Source of the DNA: Corallochytrium limacisporum Hawaii
Lineage: Eukaryota; Protista; Pluriformea
NCBI GenBank assembly: GCA_002811645.1
Contig: PDIP01000053.1
Span: forward strand, 116,771 to 180,243
Length of the DNA stretch: 63,473 nucleotides
Direction of reading: 5' to 3'
The notes beneath the pieces were generated by a model that searched no databases, was not told where the DNA came from, and saw only the letters and a program-made list of their open reading frames with translations. A program made the position numbers and the translations under genes. Each line of letters begins with the position of its first letter. The first letter of the stretch is position 1. This document shows, piece after piece, positions 21,100 through 34,030 of this stretch.

Positions 21100-22335
21100 T
21101 CATGTCTTGTTCTTCATGAACTCCAACAATTGGCTGGTAAATGATTCGCTGAAACCGGGACGGGCCATCTCAGCAGCACCAAAAGCTGTCCTCAATCGTT
21201 CGACATACAGAACAAACTCCGGCTTGTCATCGTTCTTTGCCTTCATCTTTGTGAGCACACTTTGAACAAAGGCATCCCGCTGGTTGTATCCAGCACCTGT
21301 TGAAGATCTAGAGCCACTGTGGCCCATCTTGTCATCACCTACGCCCTCGAGGCCCTCATTGTTCATGACACCGCCCCTGACGGTCGCTAGAGCACCCTTA
21401 ACAGTGCCAAAGTCCCAGGCATCCTCATCAGCGCCAGCGACCGTGCCCTTGATGGTGCCAGGGCCCTTGCTGTCGTCTCCATGCTTTTCTTTCCAGCGAG
21501 CATACCGCTCGACCAACTCTGTCAGATATGATGTCTTCTTAGCGCTGCGAATGAAACGATGGCGTAGCAGCTCCTTTGCACTTGGCCGTTCGGCAGGATC
21601 CTTCTGCAGGCAAGCCTCGACGAACTCTTTGAAGGCCTTGGAGTACGGTCCCTCCAACTTTGGAGGCGGATTCTTAGGAATCAAGAACAGGACACGCATT
21701 GGGTGAAGATCTGCGCAAGGGGGCTCTCCCTTGGCCAATTCAATGGCCGTGATACCCAAGCTCCAAATATCAGCCTTGTGATCATACGAGCTCTGTTTGA
21801 TAACCTCCGGTGCCATCCAGAAAGGTGTTCCGACGAATGTGTTGCGTTTTGTCAATGTATTGGTGAGCTGTCCTGCCACACCAAAATCAGCCAGTTTGAC
21901 ATCACCATTTTCGCTGAGTAATACATTGGCTGCCTTGATATCACGGTGCAGTTTTCCTTCCTCGTGGAGGTACTCCAAACCTTTTAGAATCTCCCGCAGA
22001 ATGATTGCACAGTACACTTCTTCAAATTCACCGGCTTTGATGAGGTCTAATGCGGAGCCTCCTCCCAGGTACTCCATAATGATCCATAGCTTCGTTCCTT
22101 TCAGGTAACTGCCATGGTATTTTGTGACGAAGGGGGAGTCGCACTGTGACAACACAGTGATCTCCTGCTGGATGTCCTCAATTTCATCCTCTGCTTCTTC
22201 GAGGTCAATTACCTTAATGGCGACCACAGAATTTGTTTTCAGGTCTATTCCCTTGTAGACATCACCGAAAGAGCCCTTACCGATATGCTCCAGCTTCTTG
22301 TAGAGCTGTTCGGGATCTGCACTCTTGGTACCCAT
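21100..22335 (-). CDS. GCK-III Ste20-like kinase (STK24/25/26, MST3/MST4/SOK1 family)
   Basis: [68 protein letters not shown], and a C-terminal AE...PG.S..F motif like the PDCD10/CCM3-binding domain. Confidence 0.95.
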   Translation of the reverse strand: MGTKSADPEQLYKKLEHIGKGSFGDVYKGIDLKTNSVVAIKVIDLEEAEDEIEDIQQEITVLSQCDSPFVTKYHGSYLKGTKLWIIMEYLGGGSALDLIKAGEFEEVYCAIILREILKGLEYLHEEGKLHRDIKAANVLLSENGDVKLADFGVAGQLTNTLTKRNTFVGTPFWMAPEVIKQSSYDHKADIWSLGITAIELAKGEPPCADLHPMRVLFLIPKNPPPKLEGPYSKAFKEFVEACLQKDPAERPSAKELLRHRFIRSAKKTSYLTELVERYARWKEKHGDDSKGPGTIKGTVAGADEDAWDFGTVKGALATVRGGVMNNEGLEGVGDDKMGHSGSRSSTGAGYNQRDAFVQSVLTKMKAKNDDKPEFVLYVERLRTAFGAAEMARPGFSESFTSQLLEFMKNKT

Positions 22336-23872
22336 GATTTAATTCTACCCTACGGCTTCTATGTACTCTGAACTTTGAATGAATTCTATTCTTTAGCCCT
22401 GTGGTTTATCGAGATCAGTTATCGCCAGCCCGCCGGCGACATAGCTAGGTTTAATTCGCTCCAAGTTAAAAATATCCACCGTATGATAAGAAGAGCTATT
22501 GTTATTGATGCCACGTAACGCAAATCTTTGATAGAGGACATTCTGACAGCCGACAAATACCACAAAGTATCATCATATCAGGACTGGACAAACCATAATA
22601 CAATTAGAAGCACATCGGTACGTATCAAACCCAAGACAATCAAGGACAAACCCAGGAAAATCAGTCGTTGAGGAGTGCAATTTGGGAGGCCACTTCTCCG
22701 GGAGACATTTCAACGCGCGTCGGCAAGAGCCCTTTGTCTCAAACCCCTACTTTAGACTGTCGCTGTCGATTTTTTTTTCCTTCCCCGGTTGCCGGTCTCG
22801 GTTTCTCTCTCTCTCTTTGGGCGCGGACAAAAGAGAAAACACTCGGTGGACCAACCCACACCAGCGGATCGCACTCCCCGTCGCTTCGGCCAGCCACTCC
22901 AGACCGAGCAAAATGGACTGGGTCCCGATGAACTGCTGCGATACACCCCAACCCCCCCCCCCCTTCCCCAATACAAGGGAAGGGGGGGGGGGGGGAGGAG
23001 GTCGGGAAGCCGGGGGGGTGTGTTGCCTACCACCAACAGGCCCAAGATCACATTCCCGGACAACCGAAGGCCGGAGGCAAAGAAGCAAAAAATAGGGGAG
23101 AGAAAAAAAAAGGGGGAGAAAACGAAGAAGCAGAACGGCCTGGTTGGTTGGTTGGGGGGGGAGGAGGGGGAGGCGCAAAAGCCAAAACACCCGGAGGTGA
23201 CGAAAAGGCAAAACAAAAACTATGGGAACCTGATACCCACCCTCCCCGGGCATCGGGGTGGGACAGTACTGACGGACTGGCAAACTTTATCTGTGCTATC
23301 TACAGTGGCTTCCAGTGCGTAATGGGCTCCTGGGGGGATACGGACGGCGGGTAACGCGTAGTAAGCGGTCAGTTTTGGCGACGGGAAAAGCCTTCGGGCC
23401 ATCTCATGCCCATATTTTCACTATGGAAGCGAAGGAACCTTAGGTAGCCCCGTCTCACGCCGCGACGTTTTGCCTTTTTTTTTTCTTTCTTCCTCCCTCT
23501 GCCCGTCTCTCCCTTTTGTTTGGCAGAACGACCGCGTTCCCCGGCGTTGATTCGCTGCACTGGAACCAATGAAGAGGTCAGAGTGTGGGGGCCTAATTTA
23601 AACCGGGAGCGGACCAACGGGTCCAGGAGTCTGTGAGGTTTCGGGGCGATTTGGGTTGGTGCCACAAACAGTGCTTAGAGGAGGCACCCTTCACATTCCT
23701 GGGTGCTACCGAAAACACACAAGGTTCACAGAGCCTGGCTTTGTTATCACGATGTCTCAAATGTATGCTACAATGTATATGTTGTTCATGATGGGCTTGA
23801 TGTTAACCTGTCAGTGAAGAACGGTCACGTAAGGTTGGAACAAATTTCGAAGATATGGCGTGTTGTGCCCAG

Positions 23873-26800
23873 CTACACCGGTGGAGATTTGTCGTCCGCG
23901 GGGGATACGCTTTTGGCACTCTCTGATTGCTCGGGAGTGGCACTGTCCACCTCAGCAATCTCAGACATATGGGCAACAGCCTTGCTGTGAGAGGCCTGTG
24001 TCATGTTGGAGGCCCTGCGGGATGGCGGTCCCTCTCTTTCAGGGTCACCTGGCATCAGTTCCCGGCTGCCGAAAAGACTGCCCATGGCACTGGGTCGCCG
24101 CATGCTGGCACGCTGTGATGCACGCATCTGCGACGCTGCCATACTCTGCCGCTGATGTTCGACTTCGTCGAGGGTGTTTTCATCGAAAGAATCGAATTTC
24201 ACTTTTCCGCCAATGCCCATGACTGCATTCACCTTATTCGTTGCAGCCTGCCATCTGCGCCTCGCTTTGGTCTGCGCAACGGCGTTACCGAAGAGCTGCT
24301 CAACAGCCGCTTGTTCCACCGCTGTGGTCCGATCCATATCAATGTGTACAGCGCTCTGCTTTTTGGCACCCTCCTCATAAATTTCGGACTCTTCGGAAGT
24401 TCTCTTTGGTGACTCTGCCTGGCTGCCTGGCTGACTACTTACATCTACTATCTCTCCAGCGCTGAGTATGTCCATAATTGTCTTGGTTTGATCGACATCC
24501 TTGGCACCTGTCCACTTGAATGCCGCAGACATCGAAGTCAGATAACCTGGCATCATGTGCGCCTTGACATTCACATTTCGACTGACCTTAAACATGTTAT
24601 CCACAACTGTTGGCTTGTACAGCATGTTTCCAGCCCGATCAAAAATCACCTTATTGCCCACATGTTGATAGCGACTCTTCAAAAACTTGAAGCCAGGAAT
24701 ACCAGTCACAACATCGCCATCATTCACCACTCGGAACGTGTTCGGCACCAACCGATTGTAGAGCTGAGCAAAAACAATGTTTCCGACACGCGGTGAGCCA
24801 AACGTGTAAACAACAAGCGGGACATTGGGCATCTCGAGGGCAAGGGACATGGCACAGAGAGTTGCCAACGCACCTCCTAGCGAGTGACCGGTAACATACA
24901 GCGGTTGGCCGGGGTTCTCAGCCTGCAGCTTCTCGGCCATTGCCATAACGTCCTTCTTTAGGGCCATCCAAGCATTGAAAAATCCTTCATGTACATACCC
25001 CTTGGTCGGATCTGTGAAAAGACTGGCCTTCTCGTGATTTTCCGCAACGTAATCGCGATACAACACTTGCTTGTACTGTAGATCCGTCTTCGCGTTCCTC
25101 TTGGATGCGGTGCCACGGAAAATAATCCATGTTTCCCGTCCCTTCCGTGCTGCCCATGATCGAACGTCAAGCTCTTCATTGTATACGATCTGCAGTCGTT
25201 CAAAACCGAAGTCTTTCACATCAATGATGTTGCATTCGTAGGCACAGAAGCTATTGGGATCGTCTGTGCCGAGGTGGCGATACGAGGCTTGAGATAGGAA
25301 AGCAGCACGCTGTGCCCTCGGGATGTTGAACTTATTATTCGGAACTGAATCGTGTTCGTTCACCAATTGGGAAAGAGATATATCACCATGAACCGAAAAC
25401 TCATCCTTAGGAGGCAAAAACATAATTAGCAGCAATGACGACAGAATCACGAAGTAGAAAGAGGCCACGAAAGGCGGTGTGAGCCGCTCCCCGTAGGTGC
25501 TAAGGGTACCGCGGATGACCTGGATCAACGCAAAGATGAGCGTAGTCCACAAGAAAATGTAGAAGAAGCGGCCAACAAGCTGGCGGTATCGAGTGGGAAT
25601 GTAAGGCATCTTGCGCAACTTCTTGATCGCTGCACCCACCTTCTTGAAGGAGTAAAATAGAAGGAACAAAATCAACGGAAGAATGTAGAGGATGCAAATA
25701 ATCACAATCAAGGCGTAGGAGTCCGAAGTTGGGAACGCCGACAGGTTGATGACAAAGAAGTTACCGTTGATCAGAACATCGACTCCCTCGGAGCTGAATG
25801 GGAGCAGAATGCTCGGCAAACTTTGGGTATTCGGAAGGTTGTCATATTCCAATGAAACGAAGATCCACACGAATGCAGCGATGATTCCAAGTCCACTCGC
25901 GACGTGGGTCTTAATGGACCAGTCAATCTTGTCATTCATGCCCCGGGACAAGGTGTCTGCCATAGCGATGATCATATTTAGATGGAGAGTGATCAGCATA
26001 AGAGACCATGCAGCTTCCAATTCAGTGCCAATTGGTATATCCGCCAGAACTAATACGCTGCTGACGGGAAAACACGCTGGCCAACCAATGCACACAAAGA
26101 TGAACAAGACTTTCTCTTCCGGTAGAAGATCTTTAACTGTTCGTCCATGGGCATGGTGGACAGACACAAACACAATGATCACGATTGTGAAGATAGCGAA
26201 AAGGACCAGCGACAGAATAGTGACCAAGTACAGATTCCAGTCTGCCAACTGCCTCACCTCTACGGTGGTTTCAAAACGTGTCGTGTTTGTCAGCTCATCA
26301 AGCGATACGTTTGTTGCATTGACCCCTAGGAACAATGTATCGTACCGGTACGGATTGTCCAATTCCAAAGGGTTAATATCGCATGCCTTACATGCAATCG
26401 CCCAGTTTGGAATTGCCAGCCATCGCTGACATGTTCCAGGTTCACCGGTGCAAAATAGGGCAAGATCTGTCTTGTTTCCGCCCAAGTCTTGGCTCCATGA
26501 ATTTTCCTGGTCTAAATATGCCACATATGGCTTCCAAGTCTCTGTATCTCCATCGGCTGAATCTGTAGAAACTGTTCCCGAAGCGAATGTACTAATGGAG
26601 AACGTATAGTTTAGTGGGTCTCCCCCCGTCAGATCCTTGACTTCCATGTAAATGTCGGCAACAAACAAAATGTTGATGTCGGTGAAAATAGCAACGCCTT
26701 CATTGGCCCCGATAATGCAAGGCTCTGTACCGACGAAGTGCCCAGTTTCAGTACTATTTGGACACACGTTGTTCCAGTCAACAACCCAAGTCTGTTCGTC

Positions 26801-27016
26801 AATTCCATACGCCTGTTGCATAAACGATACGATCAAATTGAAGAGAGCTGCAAAAACTGCAACTGTCACTACAAATATGGTTTCCTTTTGACCCATGGTC
26901 TCCATCCGAATGTGCGGCTGGAAGCTCGCGAGTGTTGTCTCATCCGTTCCGAGCACATACTCCTCATCAACCTCCTCTACGGGAGGTTGGGATTTTTTCT
27001 TTCTCCCGAACACCAT
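23873..27016 (-). CDS. TMEM181/Wntless-like multi-pass membrane domain fused to a class-3 lipase
   Basis: First ATG 27016 (MVFGRKKK). About 8 hydrophobic segments with a large luminal loop after TM1. Lipase_3 motifs IIFRGT, VHEGF, VTGHSLGGALA, YTFGSPRVGN, RVVNDGDVV, YQHVG and AH. TMEM181-like motifs RMETMGQK, PEEK, LRKMPY..R. Confidence 0.85.
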   Translation of the reverse strand: MVFGRKKKSQPPVEEVDEEYVLGTDETTLASFQPHIRMETMGQKETIFVVTVAVFAALFNLIVSFMQQAYGIDEQTWVVDWNNVCPNSTETGHFVGTEPCIIGANEGVAIFTDINILFVADIYMEVKDLTGGDPLNYTFSISTFASGTVSTDSADGDTETWKPYVAYLDQENSWSQDLGGNKTDLALFCTGEPGTCQRWLAIPNWAIACKACDINPLELDNPYRYDTLFLGVNATNVSLDELTNTTRFETTVEVRQLADWNLYLVTILSLVLFAIFTIVIIVFVSVHHAHGRTVKDLLPEEKVLFIFVCIGWPACFPVSSVLVLADIPIGTELEAAWSLMLITLHLNMIIAMADTLSRGMNDKIDWSIKTHVASGLGIIAAFVWIFVSLEYDNLPNTQSLPSILLPFSSEGVDVLINGNFFVINLSAFPTSDSYALIVIICILYILPLILFLLFYSFKKVGAAIKKLRKMPYIPTRYRQLVGRFFYIFLWTTLIFALIQVIRGTLSTYGERLTPPFVASFYFVILSSLLLIMFLPPKDEFSVHGDISLSQLVNEHDSVPNNKFNIPRAQRAAFLSQASYRHLGTDDPNSFCAYECNIIDVKDFGFERLQIVYNEELDVRSWAARKGRETWIIFRGTASKRNAKTDLQYKQVLYRDYVAENHEKASLFTDPTKGYVHEGFFNAWMALKKDVMAMAEKLQAENPGQPLYVTGHSLGGALATLCAMSLALEMPNVPLVVYTFGSPRVGNIVFAQLYNRLVPNTFRVVNDGDVVTGIPGFKFLKSRYQHVGNKVIFDRAGNMLYKPTVVDNMFKVSRNVNVKAHMMPGYLTSMSAAFKWTGAKDVDQTKTIMDILSAGEIVDVSSQPGSQAESPKRTSEESEIYEEGAKKQSAVHIDMDRTTAVEQAAVEQLFGNAVAQTKARRRWQAATNKVNAVMGIGGKVKFDSFDENTLDEVEHQRQSMAASQMRASQRASMRRPSAMGSLFGSRELMPGDPEREGPPSRRASNMTQASHSKAVAHMSEIAEVDSATPEQSESAKSVSPADDKSPPV

Positions 27017-28483
27017 CTTCTTGCTGCAGATGTTGTCCTGCGTAGGAATCAATTGTGTATTCTTAAGGCTATCCCAGAACCATTCTTGCAGAAACGAATC
27101 TTTCTACAGTGTAGTCCCGCACAGTAAAACTCGTCCAGCACAGGAGCTCTTACAATAGTTCCTAACTATCTCTGGCAATTTGTGTTACCCAGAACGATTT
27201 CTCATACCTGTATAGGATTTAAATAAAACGGCTGTCGTCTCTGCATGTGTCAGTCTACACTGGGCCACCACAAACCAACTCACACGTGAAATGTTAAATG
27301 CATACCTGGATCCACAATTCTCAACCGCGCATCTGTTAACTGCATACGGCAACTGAAACAGAGAGATGAACCAGGTTGTCAACCGTTCATCACCCGGCAT
27401 GTGACGGCGAGATCGTACAGTCGCCAAGAAAAAGTAAAAGGAAAAGCGGTAGAAAAGAAAAGAAAAACGGAAAGGAATGAAAATCAAGGGACGTCTCTCT
27501 CCCGCCCTCAACATTCCTCTCCTGCTCGCCCAGGGTTTCTTCTTTTCTTTTTTTTTCTATCCAACTCTTCCCTCGTTCTCAAATGTCTCCCTACCCGCCC
27601 CTTCTTCCTTGACTTTCTTTTCCCCCTTTTACTTCCACCCCAACCCTCCCCCTCGCTGCTTGCCTGTCCCCATCCCCCCCTCCCTCCCGAGATTTGTGTC
27701 TTGGCCCCTTTGTTCTACTTTATTGTTTTATTTTCATTTCAATTACCCCCTTTATTTTGCTTAATTCGCTCGGGTTTACCCGTCCCGAACACACGCACCC
27801 CGTCGCTGTCCGTATCGGAACAGTCACTCTTTGTCTCCCATCGTCGCTACTTTCTCCCTCCCTCCCTCCACCCCCCCCCGCGGGTTCCTCGCTCCCTGTC
27901 TTTCCGCCGACCCATCTTCCCCCCTTCTCCCTCCCCTCTCCCCTCTCCCCTTTTTTACCGGGCCCTGTGCGAGTGCGAGCCGGGAGAGAGGGGGGGGCGG
28001 TTCCTTAATTCATTCCTTGGGGCGGCGCTAAAAAGAATTGGGCAACAGAGAAGGCAAAATTTAAAAAAGGAGGAAAAAAATCTGTGACCTGCTTCTTCGG
28101 GCCCTGCGTATATCCCGACGGGTGTTCCCTACGTGGCCGCATTTGGTCACGCGAACGGTGTTCGGTGGCGGGCTATACAAAATATACCCATGGTGTCCAA
28201 CGAATGCGAACCAAAGTGTTCAATTTGACACAGTGAGGAGAGCCCTTGCTGGCGACGCATCAAACAGGCGGATGTGGTACCATCTACTCCTCTGAATGGC
28301 CAAGAGCAGAAATGTACCCACATCTGCGGCAAATTATGAAAACAATTCATATATTTAATATATAATATAGATCTCTATACCCGACCTCTAGGGCTGGACA
28401 TATCCTCTACAATCACGGGTTTTTCAGAAAAGTGATGATCATCGAAAAAGTTGGATGTTCTTTTTTTTTCTGCTTGGGTCTGT

Positions 28484-28516
28484 GGGTGTGTATGTATGTG
28501 TGTGTGTGTGTGTGTG
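28484..28516. repeat. Imperfect (GT)n microsatellite
   Basis: GT dinucleotide run with two interruptions. Confidence 0.85.
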
Positions 28517-31500
28517 CGGCAATGTTCACTCACTCTTGGGGGCTGGCAATATGTTTGTGCAGTATCATGCATCCCGTCGCAGACGTCGACGGGGGCCTCA
28601 CCATTATCAAGAAGCAGATTTTGGGCTCCTCCCTCTTTTCTCCACGGACATCCAACTCGTCTTCAGCTTTTGGATAGGAGGTAAACGAGAGTAGCGTGGC
28701 CGGGAAATCCGGCGTTGGGCCCATTATAAGCCGCGCCTCGTCTCCCACTCCCCTCCCAAGAAAACTTTCTTCCGGTTGCCTGAGACGAGGCACCCTTGTA
28801 AAACACATTTGAAAGGATAAAAAATTCTTCTCAGTACTTTCATTACGGATCAGTTCCTGTACCCCTGACCCCACGACCCTCACGGGGGCGCGTGAAGCTG
28901 TGCAGCTTGGTAGTTTGCAGTCAATGGAGCCATGCGCTCCATGCCTTTGGTGAATTAACCGGGGGTCCGTACCCCCTCCGTAGGAGCCCCGAGAGTTCGG
29001 AATCCCCACACCAGACGGCGCGGGGTTAGGAGTTCATAGGTGTGTTCGGTTACTGAGCAGCAACGGTTGATCGTCCTTGATACCCTGTAGTATCACTACT
29101 GTCTCATCGAGTGCTTGGTTAGAGCGAAAGATTAGAAATTCGGTGCCGTTGCCAGAAGCCGAGACATTAATCGTGTATTATCATTATCGTTTCGTATAAG
29201 CAAGATTGGGTATTGTGTCTCACACACTAAGACTTTTTATCGATCGCCAAAACATATATACTGTACTGCAAAATTGCAAAACGAGACATGTGGCAGCGTC
29301 ACAGATGCAGACTAAGCTGGTATCTCTTCATGCATGGCATATTGAACAGTCCCCAACCAAGAGAAATTGGGACACACCGTGGAGCGGACTTAGCGTAATG
29401 GCAGAAGGACCTCTTTCCATTCGCCTTCTCATGCGGGTTGAGAAATTTCGGGTGCGACGCAACGGGGTCGCTGCTGGGGCTAGGGAGAGATTAGAGGACA
29501 CATACCACCCAAAAGCCGGGAAGAGTTGTTGCAACGAAGTTTTCTACACCGAGGCCCTTTTGATCCGTTTGCCATTGGCAGCCACGCCCCCATCGCCAAA
29601 CATGCTGGGATCAACCAACACATGCAACAAAAAACTGAACCTGCTTTGTGGGCGGATCTGTCCTCACACAACATGCCCTGAATATCGGTCGACAGACGAC
29701 AAAAGTGTAGCTGCTTTTGTCAAACTCTTGTGTCCTAAACCGTGCGCTTCTTTGCATCGATGTCGAGTATCCCTTATCGATCCACCAAAAAAAAAATCTT
29801 GGTCCTATTGTCCTTTACAGTGCCGCGGTCAGACTCAGGGGCGTTTACTGTCTCTCTCTGCCTCACAAATGGGGCAAAAAAGGAAGGTAGCGTGAAATAC
29901 TGTGCAATCTGCTGCTCGCTGCCGAGTTCTGCGCCCCGATTCCTACACCCAGGCCACCGTTGCTTGGGGCATGACCATTTCCAAGAGAACCCTCTACAAA
30001 GTAGAGGTGAATGGCCTGGGCACGACAACTTTGCATCATCTGGGACGTATCTTCAGATTGTAGACAGCCGGTACTGCACACAATCACTGCATTGTACATT
30101 TGGAATAGAAAACAGCTTGGCATTCTATGATGCAATAGATAGACGTTAGACGATGTTGGAACGATACCGGCATGATTCTCTGCAGCGCAAAACGATCTTG
30201 TAGGCGGAAGCTTCAATATCCCGCGGCTGAGAGGGCGGGCGGGCGTTCGATGGTGGCTACCACCAATTCCATCGCATTTCATTTTCAGAGTGCAGAAGCC
30301 GTATGTTTTCAGTATGGTAACCTCGTGCGGGACCTGCTGCTCTTGCACATTCGATAGGCCAGAAAGATCGGCATTTGATCTGCGTTATGAATTTGAATCC
30401 ATGTGTAAGGCCGATGAATATTTGCTACTCCGTAGGAGAACTGTGAGGAGGTGACGGCAAGCTAAGAGATGTACAAGAATGTGTCGTGCTTTAGGCTTAT
30501 TTCCATTGCAACATGAAGGTAATGAAGAATCAGAGAGAAATGCGGAGGAATGCACCGATCGATGTCCCAGCATGCCGGATAACATGCATTGAACACAGTG
30601 TGTTTAAATGCACGGGTAATCGTCATCATTCATTCATTCATGCCACAGTATTCTCGTCCTCCCTAAGTCCTCCCCCCGGTTGATATGGGAAGCAATAGAC
30701 TGGATTGGCTACGCGACCGTTCCCAAACCCACTGTAGGTGCGGAGGCTCAAGAGATCTCTTGCAAGATCTGAGTGCACGTAACCCTGTTGGTTCCAAACA
30801 TGTGTACCACCCCCAAATCCATACATGACGTATCCGTTTAGACATGGTGAATACAAAAGCTTGCAACATACTGGAAAGAGATGCCGAGGAAGATCCAAAC
30901 AACCTGATGGTGGATGGGCGAACGATGCGGGATGGGCCGTCTTCAGAAAATATTCTATGAATCAAAGAATTGTATATTTGAACATAGATTTACGGAAAAT
31001 TCTTCTGCCGGGGAAAATGTGTGGGGACTGTCCCTGGGCTGCTGGGTTCCCCTTCCCGGTCTGACCGCTATACTTACATACTTTACGATTCTCTGCAAAC
31101 CCACACACGGTGATTGATTTCGTAAAAGTGTGAGTGGGAGGCAACTTTGATGTCATGCGGAGACCCAGTCTGTCCTATATTGAATGTAGCACAACTCCGG
31201 ACCACAAGCCGGGTGGGTTTTTCCGTTGGCGCACCCTTTGCAGCCCCTGCAGACCTCAGACTCCGGGCCGTGCAAGAGCAGTAAAACCGCCCGCACTTCT
31301 TCGTCGGTAGCGAATGTACTGGGCTCAGCTTTAATGAGGCAGCAGGCTGTCATGGTCAGGCCATCGTTGCCCTTTGCTCTCTCTCGCAGTTCAGGTTTTT
31401 TTTTTGGGCTTTTGTTCGTCCTCGCGTGATTTTTTCTTTTCGTTTTCCTCGCATTCTGGAACACTCTTAGAACCTGCTCGAAATGGAACACGGGGGGTCG

Positions 31501-32165
31501 ACGACACTATAAAGAAAAAGTCATTCTTCTTCGCGTCGTGCTCCCGCGCATCCTCCCTCGACGTATTAACGGGCCCACAAACCGGGTTCATTCACTACGG
31601 AAGTGCCGAGCGAAAGCAACCACTCGACCCTCCACCGCTTGCAGCCCGCGTCGCAGCACCTTTTTCGTTTTGGGGGAGACCTCCCTTGTCCGTTCAATTC
31701 GTGCTGACATCTGCTCCGCGCATGAGAGACCACGGAGTTGGAGACTCTCCCCATACTCAATGTACTGGCACCGAAACCTTTTGCTGCCAACTTCTGGCGG
31801 CTCCCCCGACCCGCGGGCTTAGGAGATTAAGGGTCCCCACTCGCGTGGCGATGCGTGAAATCTTCCTCCTACTGTGCCTTAAGTGGGTTCTCATTACCGA
31901 GTTGCGGTGTACCACATAGCTGGAAAGATGGCCCAACGGGGAGCCATACACTGCAGTGGACATTCTCTATCCTTTGGCTGAAAAAGCCTCAGAGTTGGCC
32001 CCGTTGGCAACAATTCTGGTGTATGGTCACCATTTTGCTTAGTTTAGAATTTTGTGGTACAATCGATAAGCTCGTGAAGGTATGTCAGCAAACTAAATGC
32101 AATCATAGAAGAAATGGAATTGAGCAAGATTACGTCCCATGTCGTGTGGAACTATTAAAGAAAAA

Positions 32166-33134
32166 ATGAATGGTGTTGAAATTACAGACGGTGCCAAGGT
32201 GTTGCTGATTGGCAACCCTGCACTTACCTCGGAAACGCTAGAGAAGACCATTATGGATTTGCGCCAGCGGGCAGGCGGAAATGGCGGCGTTTCTCTTGAG
32301 CAGCTGGACCGCTTGGAGAAGATCTCACCCACCCCGGGAGCCTACACAATTGCCCTAGCTGGTTACGTTCAGCCACAAGCATTTACTCATAGCGACAAGG
32401 TTCTGAGCCAGATTGCCCGAGGTTTGGCCCCTGGCGGTGTTTTGAAGATTCGGGAACCTGTGTCCGCCACCGCAATTTTCCGGGACGACCGCAACGAGGA
32501 GAGTCTTGTAAGCGCTCTGAAGCTCGCTGGTTATGTCGATCTGACAGATGCCAAGACTGTTGACGCCACTGAGGAAGAGAAGACTGCTATCCTAGCTTAT
32601 CTGGAGAAGATTGGAAAGGCCAATGAAGTCGCCACTGCTGCCATCAGGAATCTGAAGTTTATTGAAATCGGTGGAAAGAAACCCAACTACGATGTCGGCG
32701 CAGCTCAGCCCATTCGCATTGCCCTGAAGAAGAAGAAAGCTGCAGCTGCCAATGCCAACGGGGTCAGCAACGGCAATGGCAACGCCAAGGCATGGAAGAT
32801 CAACACCAATGACTTCGGCGATGACGATCTCATTGATGACGAAGCCGATTTGCTACAGGAAGACGATTACAAGAAACCTGGGGCTGATGAGCTCAAGAAC
32901 GACTGCTCTACCAAGCGCAAGGCATGTAAGAACTGCAGTTGTGGCCGTGCCGAGATGGAAGCGCAAGAAGAGGATGCTCAGGCGGTCCTGGCGAAGCCAG
33001 TCGAGTCAAGCTGCGGTAGCTGCTACCTCGGTGACGCCTTCCGGTGCAGTACCTGCCCATACCTTGGCATGCCCGCCTTCAAACCTGGCGAGAAGGTCAG
33101 CCTTAGTCAGCGCCAGATGAAGATTGATGAGTAG
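32166..33134 (+). CDS. CIAPIN1: Anamorsin/Dre2, cytosolic Fe-S assembly factor
   Basis: Methyltransferase-like N-domain (L.PGG.L), acidic linker [12 protein letters not shown], and Fe-S motifs [11 protein letters not shown] and [31 protein letters not shown]. Start is ATG 32166 or 32139. Confidence 0.96.
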   Translation: MNGVEITDGAKVLLIGNPALTSETLEKTIMDLRQRAGGNGGVSLEQLDRLEKISPTPGAYTIALAGYVQPQAFTHSDKVLSQIARGLAPGGVLKIREPVSATAIFRDDRNEESLVSALKLAGYVDLTDAKTVDATEEEKTAILAYLEKIGKANEVATAAIRNLKFIEIGGKKPNYDVGAAQPIRIALKKKKAAAANANGVSNGNGNAKAWKINTNDFGDDDLIDDEADLLQEDDYKKPGADELKNDCSTKRKACKNCSCGRAEMEAQEEDAQAVLAKPVESSCGSCYLGDAFRCSTCPYLGMPAFKPGEKVSLSQRQMKIDE

Positions 33135-33748
33135 GCTATGACTGCCTGTTCATGCACAGCATGTTTTAGTTATTGTGGAAGACCTAATGCTTTTCGAGTT
33201 GCGTTGGTGTTAGATTGCGCCCTATCCCAGTGTTGGAAGGCCACTACCAGTGCTCAAACCTACAGGCTTCCTAATCAAATATGATTATCCATAGACCCGT
33301 TTCCTCCCTCAGCATATACATCATAACATTTAAGTAAAAGCCATACATTTGACATCTACACCAATCCTCATTATCATGTTTCGTGCTTGTGCAAGTCCTT
33401 GTGATCTACAATTTTCATTACGAGTTTTATTTGTGGAAGTGTTTCGTTTTGAAAGGCATTGCCTTGCAAAGTGACTTTTTGTATGCCGAAAAGAAATGCG
33501 GTTTGCTACATGTTATGCTGGGGTTTGAACTGTCCAGCAATGACGACAGCCCGATTGACTACCATGTCGATTGGAGATTCCACGTGAAGCAGAGCAGCAG
33601 TGTGGTCCCGAGAGCTAATATCAGCTCACAGCCCACTACCCGATCCCCTAGATATGCAAGAGTGTCAGTTTTCCGATGTTTTGCTTCATGTAAAAGGCTA
33701 CCATTGTGTCAATGCTGGCAAGTAAATTTGGTTGCAAATGGAGATAAC

Positions 33749-34030
33749 TTACTTCAGGTGAGACCACAGCTTGGGTGCAGTGCAGTGATCGACACAGTGT
33801 AGGAAATGGAAGAGTTCCTCCGTGCAGGTCTCGGCAGTGTTCGTCCGCGAGTTGACGCGAGCCTCGCACTTCTCCATTTCCTCCTTAGCGGCAGCACAGG
33901 TTGTCGATGCGCATTCCTCCTCAATCTCTTCCTTGACGTCTTCGGGCTCTTCCTCTTCCTCTTCTTCGTCCTCTTCAACGTCCTCGACAGGCTCCTCCTC
34001 AGGAATCTGCTTCTCGTCCTCCAAAGCCAT
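33749..34030 (-). CDS. UQCRH: Cytochrome b-c1 complex hinge subunit (Qcr6)
   Basis: Acidic N-terminus and EEC...C...C.ARV....ETCTEELFHFLHCVDHCTAPKLWSHLK. Confidence 0.96.
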   Translation of the reverse strand: MALEDEKQIPEEEPVEDVEEDEEEEEEEPEDVKEEIEEECASTTCAAAKEEMEKCEARVNSRTNTAETCTEELFHFLHCVDHCTAPKLWSHLK

